Shown here: in pieces, positions 10,311-19,128 of the stretch | Layout: each line of letters begins with the position of its first letter | How positions within the stretch are numbered: position 1 is the stretch's first letter | Assembly (NCBI GenBank): GCA_019420905.1 | Contig: JAHZGH010000010.1 | Location: 2,332-66,331, forward strand | DNA from: Succinivibrionaceae bacterium | GTDB taxonomy: Bacteria > Pseudomonadota > Gammaproteobacteria > Enterobacterales > Succinivibrionaceae | Length of the DNA stretch: 64,000 bases | Direction of reading: 5' to 3' | Position numbers and translations under genes: made by a program | Notes under the pieces: model-generated | The model's database searches: none | Told to the model about the DNA's origin: nothing | What the model saw: only the letters and a program-made list of their open reading frames with translations

Positions 10311-10878
10311 GATCTTTGCCCTAAGTAAAAAAAGAGGGCCAGCTTACACTCTTGTAATTTTAATTAAAATTCTTTTGTTGAATTTCAAGCTATTTAAGCC
10401 GTCTTTACTTGGTTAATCACAGTTCACTGAAAATTAATTTTACACAGTTTTATTCTTTTTTTAAAATTATTAAACAACAAATTAATTTTTTCAGCACTCG
10501 TTTAAAAACAAAAAATAAAGATAGAGTAATATATTCATATTGATTATCATTATTTAATGCAAATAACTAAGAATTTTTATATAAAATTAAATATTATATA
10601 TTTTTATGAGTCATAAATAGTAGATATTTAATAATAAGCGCTCAATATTTCAAAAATTTCTCAATTAGATTTTTATACAAAATTCCTTAGCAATCATAAA
10701 AATAAGCTATTTTTTGCTCCGAAATTAAAAAATTTATTTATGAAAGTGCGCTTTTGCAAATAAAACAGTAAAATTATATTTTTCCTTATGTAAGATCTGG
10801 CTTTAAGTCTTAAATAGCTTCACAATAATAATTGTCTGCCGATTTTATCAACTAAAATTTTATATTTTAAGAGGAACG

Positions 10879-12441
10879 ATGATGAGTAAATTCCCAGGTT
10901 GGGGTTCGATTTTTAATAAAAAATCTAATAATACAAACTCTCAGGAAGTATCTTCTTTATTCAAAAATGTATCCTTAAATGAAAATGCTCCCCTGCAGCA
11001 AGTTCCAAATCAGGAAAATATCGTAAACCAAAGCCATAAGGCTACACAAAGCTATGAGGCTCGCGCTGAAGATAATGCCCCTAACTACGTTATCGGTATG
11101 GATCCCAATCGCAAAACCTATCGTTATACCGGTAACGATGAATATCTAAATGAAGAAGGAAGAGATCATGACCATCTTTATATAGGTCCGGGAGAGCCTC
11201 TAGTGTCACAGAAAACTCACAAGGCTCCAGTAAAACGTCCTCATTATCAAAACACATACGGGATAGATGATCTTAACAATCAAGTATCACAAAATATATC
11301 CAATCCCCAGAGCTATGCCGAAAGCGACAGATCTCAAATAAACCAAGATTCTTATGCTCCTTTTGATAACTCTAAACAAAATTATCAATATCAAGAAGAA
11401 TCTTATCCTCAGCAAATACAATCTAAAGCTTTTGTTGCTCCTTATTTAAGTAACGATGCTGCAGATAAATTCGAGGATGTACCAAGAAAAGCCCAGAATA
11501 ATAATGAGGCTGAAAATTTGAAATCGGATGCTTTTGTTGCAAATGAAGATATCTATGCTAATAAATCGTCTGCATCATCTTCAATGTTTAATAACGACAG
11601 GATACCGCCTAAGATAGATCCTCAGAAGGAACATCAAGAAACACCTCAAGGAAAAGAACTTATAACCTCTAAACTCAAGGCATTCCTGTTTATAAGGCAG
11701 CTATTAGCATCATTCTTTACACACACAACCTTAAGTATGGCAGCCCCTAAATTAAGCCTATCTTTTGGTCCTACTTATCCAAGCTCCATGCCTTTGCCTT
11801 ATTTTTTTGTAGGACTAATTTTAGGTACAGTATGCTTTTTATTTAATAATACAACTGCTACCATAATATACCTTGCACCATTTATTTTAGTAATATTCTT
11901 ACTTCTTACAGGAATTCAAGGCTTTAGAGGGTGTAGTGCTTTAATAAGCATTTTCTCAAAAAGGCGCGCTGATTCTTACATAAAAATTCTTACGGTTTTT
12001 ATTATTTCCGTGCTATTTTGCTTTTGTATAGATGTTTGCTTTACTTATAAGCTCTGCGACCTAAGATTCAGCCTTGTATTAGCCTCAATTCTAATGCTTA
12101 GCGCATACACAGCAACTTCCATGAATTTCTCTCTCGACGGAGATCCTGTAGATAGTTATGGAGCCTTGAGTCTAAAGGGACTTTTAGTTGCAGGAGGAAT
12201 CTGCCTTATTATCTTAGCCTTATCCTTTTCTGTTGCCTTAGTAATCTCTCTTATTGGCATCTCTCTGCTAATAAGAATGATCATAGGTTTTTATCTGCAT
12301 ATGCATAAAGCCAGAGTATCTCGCGATATTATTTGTGCAACTCAATATATAACTATGCTTACGTTACTTATGGATATGCTGTTGTTGCATTTAAAATTCA
12401 ATTTACCAATATATAGCTACTTGATTAATAATATAAATTAA
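10879..12441 (+). CDS. hypothetical membrane protein with a long N/Q/Y/S-rich low-complexity N-terminus and a polytopic C-terminal half (possibly CobS-like, degenerate)
   Basis: Long ORF with an AGAGGAA RBS upstream. There are 6-7 hydrophobic helices after about residue 265. See findings. Confidence 0.6.
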   Translation: MMSKFPGWGSIFNKKSNNTNSQEVSSLFKNVSLNENAPLQQVPNQENIVNQSHKATQSYEARAEDNAPNYVIGMDPNRKTYRYTGNDEYLNEEGRDHDHLYIGPGEPLVSQKTHKAPVKRPHYQNTYGIDDLNNQVSQNISNPQSYAESDRSQINQDSYAPFDNSKQNYQYQEESYPQQIQSKAFVAPYLSNDAADKFEDVPRKAQNNNEAENLKSDAFVANEDIYANKSSASSSMFNNDRIPPKIDPQKEHQETPQGKELITSKLKAFLFIRQLLASFFTHTTLSMAAPKLSLSFGPTYPSSMPLPYFFVGLILGTVCFLFNNTTATIIYLAPFILVIFLLLTGIQGFRGCSALISIFSKRRADSYIKILTVFIISVLFCFCIDVCFTYKLCDLRFSLVLASILMLSAYTATSMNFSLDGDPVDSYGALSLKGLLVAGGICLIILALSFSVALVISLIGISLLIRMIIGFYLHMHKARVSRDIICATQYITMLTLLMDMLLLHLKFNLPIYSYLINNIN

Positions 12442-12467
12442 TCAAAACAAGCATGCCTCATAAAAAT

Positions 12468-12504
12468 ATCGGACAATATTTTTAACACAAAAATATTGCC
12501 CGAT
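12468..12504. terminator. long hairpin between convergent genes (hypothetical ORF / nth)
   Basis: ATCGGACAATATTTTT-AACAC-AAAAATATTGCCCGAT, 16-bp arms with one mismatch. Confidence 0.55.
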
Positions 12505-12535
12505 TTATTAAGATATCATGTAATAAATTTATGCC

Positions 12536-13213
12536 CTAGATTTTCTTATAAGATATGCATAAATCCTTTATAACGCATTCATCGCAATGAGGCTTTCTCG
12601 CCGTACAGACATGCCGTCCGTGTAAAAGTAATAAGTGATGTGCGGGAAGTTTAAACTCATCATCAATAAGCTCAGGCAAAAGCTTCTGTACAGAAAGAGC
12701 ATTTTTGCCAAAACATAATCCTGTACGATTGCACACTCGAAAAATATGCGTATCTACAGCTATTACAGGCATATTAAAAGCTACATTCAAGACTACATTT
12801 GCTGTTTTTGCCCCTACTCCAGGGAGTTTTATTAACTCATCAAAGCTTCTTGGAACTTGTCCATTATGCTCTGCAACTAAAACCGAAGCTAAAGCTTTTA
12901 AATGCTTAGATTTATTAGCCCACAATCCAAGTCTTCTTATAACAGAAGCAATTTCATCAACTGATAATTTAGACATAGAAAAAGCATCAGGAGCTAATTT
13001 AAATAATTTTTCTGTTACCTGATTTACTGCCAAATCTGTTGTCTGTGCTGATAAAACAACCGCACATAAAAGCTCAAAGGGATTATTAAAATTTAAGGCT
13101 GGCTTAGGAGATGGATTATGCTCATGTAAAATTTTCAGCATTTTATGACGATCTTTTTCACTTAGAGCAGAGATTGGTACCTTTGTATCGGCGTTTGAGC
13201 TATCATAAGTCAT
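12536..13213 (-). CDS. nth: endonuclease III
   Basis: HhH-GPD motif LPGVGAKTANVV and the C-terminal 4Fe-4S cluster loop CTARKPHCDECVIKDLC. Confidence 0.95.
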   Translation of the reverse strand: MTYDSSNADTKVPISALSEKDRHKMLKILHEHNPSPKPALNFNNPFELLCAVVLSAQTTDLAVNQVTEKLFKLAPDAFSMSKLSVDEIASVIRRLGLWANKSKHLKALASVLVAEHNGQVPRSFDELIKLPGVGAKTANVVLNVAFNMPVIAVDTHIFRVCNRTGLCFGKNALSVQKLLPELIDDEFKLPAHHLLLLHGRHVCTARKPHCDECVIKDLCISYKKI

Positions 13214-13247
13214 TTTTATAAAACCAAACGTTTTGCGGAATTTATAA

Positions 13248-13835
13248 ATGGTTCACCTTTTAATTTTGTTTTTTAGCGCTGCTATTGTCAATAACTTTGT
13301 ATTAGTTCGCTTTTTAGGACTTTGTCCCTTTTTAGGCGTTTCAAATCGACTGCAAGCGGCCTCCGGAATGGGGTTAGCTACTACTTTTGTACTAGTATTA
13401 ACCTCTATATGCTGTTATTTAGTTAATAATTATCTTTTGTATCCTTACGGGCTTAAAGCTTTAGATTTGATTCTAGATATTGCAATTATCGCTGTAGTTG
13501 TACAATTAGTGGAAATTATTATCCGTTTTATATCCTTTGAGCTTTATAACTCCCTAGGCATATATTTACCTCTAATTACCACTAACTGTATTGTCTTAGG
13601 CTTAGTTCTTTTAAATAATTCTCTTGAACATAGTCTAATTGAATCAATAGCTTTTGCTGCTGGTGCCGGCTGCGGTTTTACCCTAGTATTGATTATCTTT
13701 GCTGCAATTAGAGAACGCTTAGCTATTGCTGACGTGCCAGCACCTTTTAAGAATACTGCAATTGCCTTAATAACTGCAGGACTAATGTCTATGGCTTTTA
13801 TGGGTTTTGCAGGCTTTGCCGGGAGTGCTGCATGA
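13248..13835 (+). CDS. rnfA: Rnf/Rsx electron-transport complex subunit A
   Basis: 6-TM protein with an NNFVL...LGLCPF N-terminus. First gene of an rnfABCDGE cluster. Confidence 0.95.
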   Translation: MVHLLILFFSAAIVNNFVLVRFLGLCPFLGVSNRLQAASGMGLATTFVLVLTSICCYLVNNYLLYPYGLKALDLILDIAIIAVVVQLVEIIIRFISFELYNSLGIYLPLITTNCIVLGLVLLNNSLEHSLIESIAFAAGAGCGFTLVLIIFAAIRERLAIADVPAPFKNTAIALITAGLMSMAFMGFAGFAGSAA

Positions 13836-14401
13836 ATACAATTTATATTTTTGTAATTTCATTAGCAATTATTCTTCTCCTTACAGGCATACTGCTTTCA
13901 TTACTCTCTCATTTCACTGATGCTAAAAGCAGCAATAGTGCCGACAAGCGCATTGAGAAGCTGCTGCCAAACATCAATTGCGGACAATGCGGTTATCCTG
14001 GATGCCATGCCTATGCTGAAGCCTTATCTAAAGGAGAAGCTAAAGCTTCCTTATGTAAACCTGCCGGTCCTGAGGTCGCCATGCAGCTTGCCACAATTAC
14101 AGGACAAAGTCTTGACGATAAAGATAATTATGAAGACGAGCTGTTTATGCCTCGTAAGATAGCTTTTATTCATCAAAACATATGTACAGGCTGTAGCCGC
14201 TGCGTACGTGTCTGCCGTCTTGACTGTATCAACGGAAAAATTAAGCAGCCGCATCATATTGATGAAAATGAATGCATAGGATGTGGAGACTGTATTAAGG
14301 TCTGTCCTGAAAAATGCATTGAACTTACGAGACTTGAATACAATTTAAGCCACTATGACTGGAAAATCGAAGCTACCAAAATTGGCAATGGAGCTAAATA
14401 A
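13832..14401 (+). CDS. rnfB: Rnf complex subunit B (Fe-S)
   Basis: N-terminal TM helix, CGQCGYPGC motif and two 4Fe-4S ferredoxin motifs. Confidence 0.93.
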   Translation: MNTIYIFVISLAIILLLTGILLSLLSHFTDAKSSNSADKRIEKLLPNINCGQCGYPGCHAYAEALSKGEAKASLCKPAGPEVAMQLATITGQSLDDKDNYEDELFMPRKIAFIHQNICTGCSRCVRVCRLDCINGKIKQPHHIDENECIGCGDCIKVCPEKCIELTRLEYNLSHYDWKIEATKIGNGAK

Positions 14402-16317
14402 TGAGTGCCAAAACACAATTTGAAAAAATCAAAAACGCCCGTATTTGGAAGTTTTTCGGTGGTATTAAACCTAATGAAAATAAAACGACTTCTTCATTAG
14501 CCATTGAAAGAACAGCTGTTCCAACCATTATCACATTGCCTGTAGACAGACATTTAGGCCGTGAAGGCAAGATTATTGTCAATATTGGCGACTATGTAAA
14601 AAAAGGACAACCATTAACTATACCTGAAGGGCAACGTCTAGTACCTCTGCACGCATCAACTTCAGGAATCATAACCTCAATAGCTCCCGAGGTATTGCCT
14701 CACCCTTCTGGATTTTGCGGTACCTGTATCACGATTAAACCTGATGGACTTGATGTTGAATATGAAAAAAATCCTTGGCCTGACTATGAAAATCATAGTT
14801 CCGATGAACTTTTAGAAAGAATTAGGCAATACGGTATCGAAGGATTAGGCGGAGCTCAATTTCAAACAGCAAGTAAATTACGCTCAGGACGCGATGACTG
14901 TAAAGGCGGGTGCAAGCTTTTTATCATAAATGGTTGCGAATGCGAGCCAACTATAACTTGCGATGATCGCATCATGCAGGAAAGAGCGTCAGAGATTATT
15001 GAAGGCATTAAGATCATACAATATATCTTAAAGCCAAAGCTCACTATTATTGCTATTGAAAATAATAAGCCTCAAGCTATTGAAGCTATGAGCAAGGCTG
15101 CTAAAGGCATAGCTACAGTAAGAGTCCTGCCTGTAATCTATCCGTCAGGCGCTGCTCGCAACTTAATAAAAATCTTAACAGGGATTGAAATTCCTTATAA
15201 TGAACATACCTCAGACTGCGGTATTGTAGTCAACAATGTCGGCACTGTTTTAGCTTGTAAAGAAGCTGTCATTGATGGTAAGCCTTTAACTGAGCGTGTA
15301 GTTACTGTTACAGGAAAACGCTTAAAAAAGCCTAAAAATCTTTATGTACGTTTAGGTACTTCTGTACGCTTTTTATTAAACACTTGCTCATTTACTCAGG
15401 AATTACATCAAAGGATTATCTTAGGTGGCCCAATGATGGGCTTTACAGTAAAAAATATCGATATACCTATAACTAAGAGCATTGGTTGCGTTATAGCCCC
15501 CTCTAGTGAAGAAATTCCATTTGCAAAAGAAACTTTAAATTGCCTGCGTTGCGGACGCTGTGCACGAGTCTGCCCTTCACGCTTAGTTCCGTATCAGATG
15601 TATCAACAATCAAAAGCAGGCAACCACGCAGCAGCGCAAAAATGCGGTATTTCAGATTGTACAGAATGCGGCTGCTGCTCATATGTATGTCCAAGCCATA
15701 TTGCACTCACAGCACAATTCAGATACGAAAAAGCCGTAGAAAAGCACCTCGCAGATGTTGAAAAGAGAAATCAGCGAGCTCGCGAGCGTATGGCTTTACA
15801 TGATGCTAGAGTAGAAAAAGAGCGCCTAGCTCGCGAAGCAAAAAAAGCTGCAGCTTTAGCTAGAATTAAAGCCTCTCAAAATAATCAGAACCCCAATGCA
15901 AGTTCAGATAAATTAAATGATCTAGATGCTGCGCGCAAAGCAGCTTTGGCAAAACGTCAAGCTCTAAAGGAGCAGATGCTTAAAGAAAAGGCTATACTTT
16001 CTAAAGAAAAGCATCCTATAGCCCATGATACAAACATAGTCTCTGATGCCGATCGCAGCCCAGACGTTACTGCTATTACTGCACTTAAAAATAAAAATGC
16101 AGATCAGGCTCAGTCTTTAAGCTCTATGCCCAAACACTTGATGCGTAATGATAATCCACTTATAACTCAAATTGTTAAGCCTTATAAGGCTCCTAGTGAG
16201 CACATTTGCAACTTGAGTATTGTTGGCAAAGAGAAAAATTCACAGGATTCTTACACAAACAAGCCTCGGTATACCAACAGCAAAACAAATATTCCTGAGG
16301 CTTTACGCAAAAAATAA
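14401..16317 (+). CDS. rnfC: Rnf complex subunit C
   Basis: NADH/FMN-binding-like core and two ferredoxin motifs (CLRCGRCARVCP, CTECGCCSYVCP). It has a K/A/E-rich C-terminal extension as in RsxC. Confidence 0.93.
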   Translation: MSAKTQFEKIKNARIWKFFGGIKPNENKTTSSLAIERTAVPTIITLPVDRHLGREGKIIVNIGDYVKKGQPLTIPEGQRLVPLHASTSGIITSIAPEVLPHPSGFCGTCITIKPDGLDVEYEKNPWPDYENHSSDELLERIRQYGIEGLGGAQFQTASKLRSGRDDCKGGCKLFIINGCECEPTITCDDRIMQERASEIIEGIKIIQYILKPKLTIIAIENNKPQAIEAMSKAAKGIATVRVLPVIYPSGAARNLIKILTGIEIPYNEHTSDCGIVVNNVGTVLACKEAVIDGKPLTERVVTVTGKRLKKPKNLYVRLGTSVRFLLNTCSFTQELHQRIILGGPMMGFTVKNIDIPITKSIGCVIAPSSEEIPFAKETLNCLRCGRCARVCPSRLVPYQMYQQSKAGNHAAAQKCGISDCTECGCCSYVCPSHIALTAQFRYEKAVEKHLADVEKRNQRARERMALHDARVEKERLAREAKKAAALARIKASQNNQNPNASSDKLNDLDAARKAALAKRQALKEQMLKEKAILSKEKHPIAHDTNIVSDADRSPDVTAITALKNKNADQAQSLSSMPKHLMRNDNPLITQIVKPYKAPSEHICNLSIVGKEKNSQDSYTNKPRYTNSKTNIPEALRKK

Positions 16318-16346
16318 TTTAAGATTAAACATCAGTAGAAAAATAA

Positions 16347-17522
16347 ATGATAAAAAATAATTTAGCTACAGCTCCGGCGCCCCACTTACATTCGCCTTTA
16401 AGCACTCAAAAAATCATGGCAATTACTTTATTGTCATTAGTTCCTGCGATCTTAGTATCGATTTACTTTTTTGGTACAGGCTTATTATGGCAATTTTTAA
16501 TCTCTGCAGTTACCGCCTTTTTATGTCAGCTTCTAGTAGGCTTTTTACGCCATAGGAGCTTATATAAAGCTGTAGGAGATCTTTCATATTTAGTTACAGC
16601 TATGCTTTTAGCCTTAACTTTACCGCCGCTGCTCCCTTTCTTTTTAACAATTATTGTAACGGCTTTTGCCATATTAATTGTCAAAGAATGCTTCGGCGGC
16701 TTAGGCATGAATATCTTCAATCCTGCTATGGCAGGCTTTATATTCCTGCTTATATCTGCTCCAGCATTTGTTTTTAATACCTATATAGCCCCTGCTCCTG
16801 AAGCCTACACCGCAGCTTCTTTAGGTAAAACCTATGCGGTAATTTTTAATCATAAAAATCCTATAGAAATTCAAGATGAAATTTCAAAGCTAAATCATCA
16901 TACTGATAAAATATCAACAGATATTGCTGATAGCTCTTCAAAAAAAGCTTCAGGCCTAACCTCGGGGGCTACTGTTGACGGCACATCCGGAGCCTCTGTT
17001 GACAGCACATCTGGCGCAACTTGGCTTGAAAAGTCTAAGACAGCTCGCAAATCAGGACAGGTACAAGACAAACCGCAAATTAATTATCTAAACGGCAATG
17101 AATTAGGTTATTTATATCTCTCTTTAGCTTATGCTTTGGGAGGTATAGTTCTTTTAGCTTTTAAAATAATATTCCTGCGCATGGTAATAAGCTTTTTTAT
17201 CGCCATATCCTGCTTTACTTTACTAGGACAATTGATATTTCCAGATTTAGTATTAGCTTTGGATGAGCAGCTTATATTGGGAGGCACCATGCTAGGAGCA
17301 TTCTATATAATCACAGATCCTGTAACTAATGCTGGCACCGCTAGAGGGCGTATTGTTTTTGCAATTTTATGTGCATTCCTAATTGTATTAATTCGTACTT
17401 TTGGATCTTATAGTGATGCTGTAGCCTTCTCAGTCTTGCTTGCCAATGCATCAGCACCTCTTATTGACGTTTTAACTCATCGTCGTGCATATGGATATAA
17501 CTTCCGTAAAGGAGGCTTGTAA
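16347..17522 (+). CDS. rnfD: Rnf complex subunit D (NqrB-like, FMN-binding)
   Basis: Polytopic NqrB/RnfD family protein. The flavinylation motif SGAT is followed by W-L-E, which aligns with the T-P-L-D of other RnfD proteins. Confidence 0.93.
   Translation: MIKNNLATAPAPHLHSPLSTQKIMAITLLSLVPAILVSIYFFGTGLLWQFLISAVTAFLCQLLVGFLRHRSLYKAVGDLSYLVTAMLLALTLPPLLPFFLTIIVTAFAILIVKECFGGLGMNIFNPAMAGFIFLLISAPAFVFNTYIAPAPEAYTAASLGKTYAVIFNHKNPIEIQDEISKLNHHTDKISTDIADSSSKKASGLTSGATVDGTSGASVDSTSGATWLEKSKTARKSGQVQDKPQINYLNGNELGYLYLSLAYALGGIVLLAFKIIFLRMVISFFIAISCFTLLGQLIFPDLVLALDEQLILGGTMLGAFYIITDPVTNAGTARGRIVFAILCAFLIVLIRTFGSYSDAVAFSVLLANASAPLIDVLTHRRAYGYNFRKGGL
16959..17021 (+). repeat. in-frame tandem 24-nt repeat (2.6 copies) inside rnfD encoding TSGATVDG-TSGASVDS-TSGAT
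   Basis: Units read directly from the sequence: acctcgggggctactgttgacggc / acatccggagcctctgttgacagc / acatctggcgcaact. Confidence 0.85.
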
Positions 17523-17524
17523 AA

Positions 17525-18148
17525 ATGGGCACAAAATCTCAGAATAAATTTATCAGAGCCATTTTAAGCGGACTTACATTAGCCTGCATTGGCACTGTAT
17601 GCATTATATTAATCTTATATGCTCAGAATAGCACCAAAGATGCTATTGAAAAAATTCAAGCACAAAATATCTCTCAAAAGCTAGAAAAGCTTATACCTCC
17701 AGAAGCAATCGGGTCAGAGATTAAATTTAAATGTCATATTATCTCAGATAAGCTTATAGGAAAAAATATGCGCCTATACACAGCAAATAAAGGCGATGAA
17801 ACTTTAGGCTATATCATGACTTATGCAACTTCTAGAGGATACTCTAATCCTTTAATATTAATTTCGGGATTTGATAAAAATAAAAACGTCTATCGTACTG
17901 ATATTCACTTTTCTTTAGAGACACCTGGTCTTGGAGATAAAGTTGATCGCGCCCATGGTAATTTTTTAGATATGCTAAACGGCAAAAATCTGAATAACAG
18001 TATTTGGGACGTCAAAAAATTCGGCGGAGATTTTGACTATATCACAGGCTCAACAGTCACCTCTAGAGCAATAGTCTTAGCTACTTATGATGCCCTTAAG
18101 GTATTAAATAAGACAGATATAGCTAAACTCAAAATGTGCAGCAATTAA
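17525..18148 (+). CDS. rnfG: Rnf complex subunit G (FMN_bind domain)
   Basis: N-terminal TM anchor and an FMN_bind domain with DYITGSTVTS at the expected flavinylation site. Confidence 0.9.
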   Translation: MGTKSQNKFIRAILSGLTLACIGTVCIILILYAQNSTKDAIEKIQAQNISQKLEKLIPPEAIGSEIKFKCHIISDKLIGKNMRLYTANKGDETLGYIMTYATSRGYSNPLILISGFDKNKNVYRTDIHFSLETPGLGDKVDRAHGNFLDMLNGKNLNNSIWDVKKFGGDFDYITGSTVTSRAIVLATYDALKVLNKTDIAKLKMCSN

Positions 18149-18183
18149 TATATTGATAATTTGTATTTTACACTTATAAAATT

Positions 18184-18921
18184 ATGAGTAAAAACGATTT
18201 AAAGACTGTAGAAGGAGTTAGCTCCTCTGCAATAAAAAAGACAAAAGAAGGTCTATTAACTATTTTTTTCAAAGGATTATGGTCAAATAATCCTGGATTA
18301 TGCCAGCTTTTGGGATTATGTCCGTTACTTGCGGTTACTTCATCGGCAGTCAATGCCTTAGGATTGGCTATAGCTACTTTATTAGTTGTAATCTTTTCAT
18401 CAGTAGTAATCTCGATTTTACGTAAATGCATCTTCCGTGAAGTGAGAATTCCTCTTTATGTAGTGCTTATTGCGACCTTAGTAACTGTGGTGCGATTTTA
18501 TGTGGAAGCTTATTTTCCAGATCTTTATAAGAGTTTAGGTATTTATTTGGCACTAATTGTTACTAATTGCGTAATTATGGGACGAGCAGAAGCTTTTGCA
18601 GGCCGTAATGATCCTATAAGAGCTTTTTTTGATGCTGCCGGCTCAGGATTAGGATTCGGATTAGTTTTATTTGCTTTAGGATCTATCCGAGAAATTATTG
18701 GCAATGGTACTTGGTTTTTTGGAGCCTCTACTCTTTTAGGAAGCTTCGGAGAAAGTCTTGAATGTCATGTTTTATCTGATGATTATCATCTGCTTATTGG
18801 AATTCTGCCTCCAGGAGGATTCTTCGTTTTGGCTTTGCTGATTGCTCTAAAAAATGCATGGACTCAGCATAAACATCGTAAGCTTGAAAATAGCCTAAAA
18901 ATAGAGTCTATTCGCTATTAA
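18184..18921 (+). CDS. rnfE: Rnf complex subunit E
   Basis: GLWSNNPGLCQLLGLCPLLAV N-terminal motif. Paralogue of RnfA. Confidence 0.93.
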   Translation: MSKNDLKTVEGVSSSAIKKTKEGLLTIFFKGLWSNNPGLCQLLGLCPLLAVTSSAVNALGLAIATLLVVIFSSVVISILRKCIFREVRIPLYVVLIATLVTVVRFYVEAYFPDLYKSLGIYLALIVTNCVIMGRAEAFAGRNDPIRAFFDAAGSGLGFGLVLFALGSIREIIGNGTWFFGASTLLGSFGESLECHVLSDDYHLLIGILPPGGFFVLALLIALKNAWTQHKHRKLENSLKIESIRY

Positions 18922-18936
18922 GCTATTATTCTGAAT

Positions 18937-18963
18937 AACCTCGCTTTATGCGAGGTTTTTTTA
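18937..18963 (+). terminator. Rho-independent terminator of the rnf operon
   Basis: AACCTCGC-TTTAT-GCGAGGTT followed by TTTTTTT. Confidence 0.8.
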
Positions 18964-19075
18964 TTATTTACAACGGTATATTCATAACAGCTCATACTTA
19001 AGATTTATTTATAACAACAAAATTTGCCGTCATAAAAAAACTTAATTAACATTGTCATAAGCTTAGAAGCAATAT

Positions 19076-19104
19076 AAAAATGCAGGCAAATCAGCCTGCA
19101 TTTT
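19076..19104 (-). terminator. terminator downstream of pdxB (bidirectional shape)
   Basis: TGCAGGC-AAATCA-GCCTGCA flanked by AAAAA and TTTT. Confidence 0.7.
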
Positions 19105-19128
19105 AGTATATTTTTTCTTCAAAATCAT

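Noticed and set aside
10311-10430. MetJ boxes or a SAM riboswitch upstream of metN
   Set aside because: Only one 7/8 match to AGACGTCT (AGACGGCT) was found, with no tandem second box, and there is no SAM-I/II-like conserved core. A small GCCCT-N12-AGGGC hairpin next to the RBS is too weak to call.
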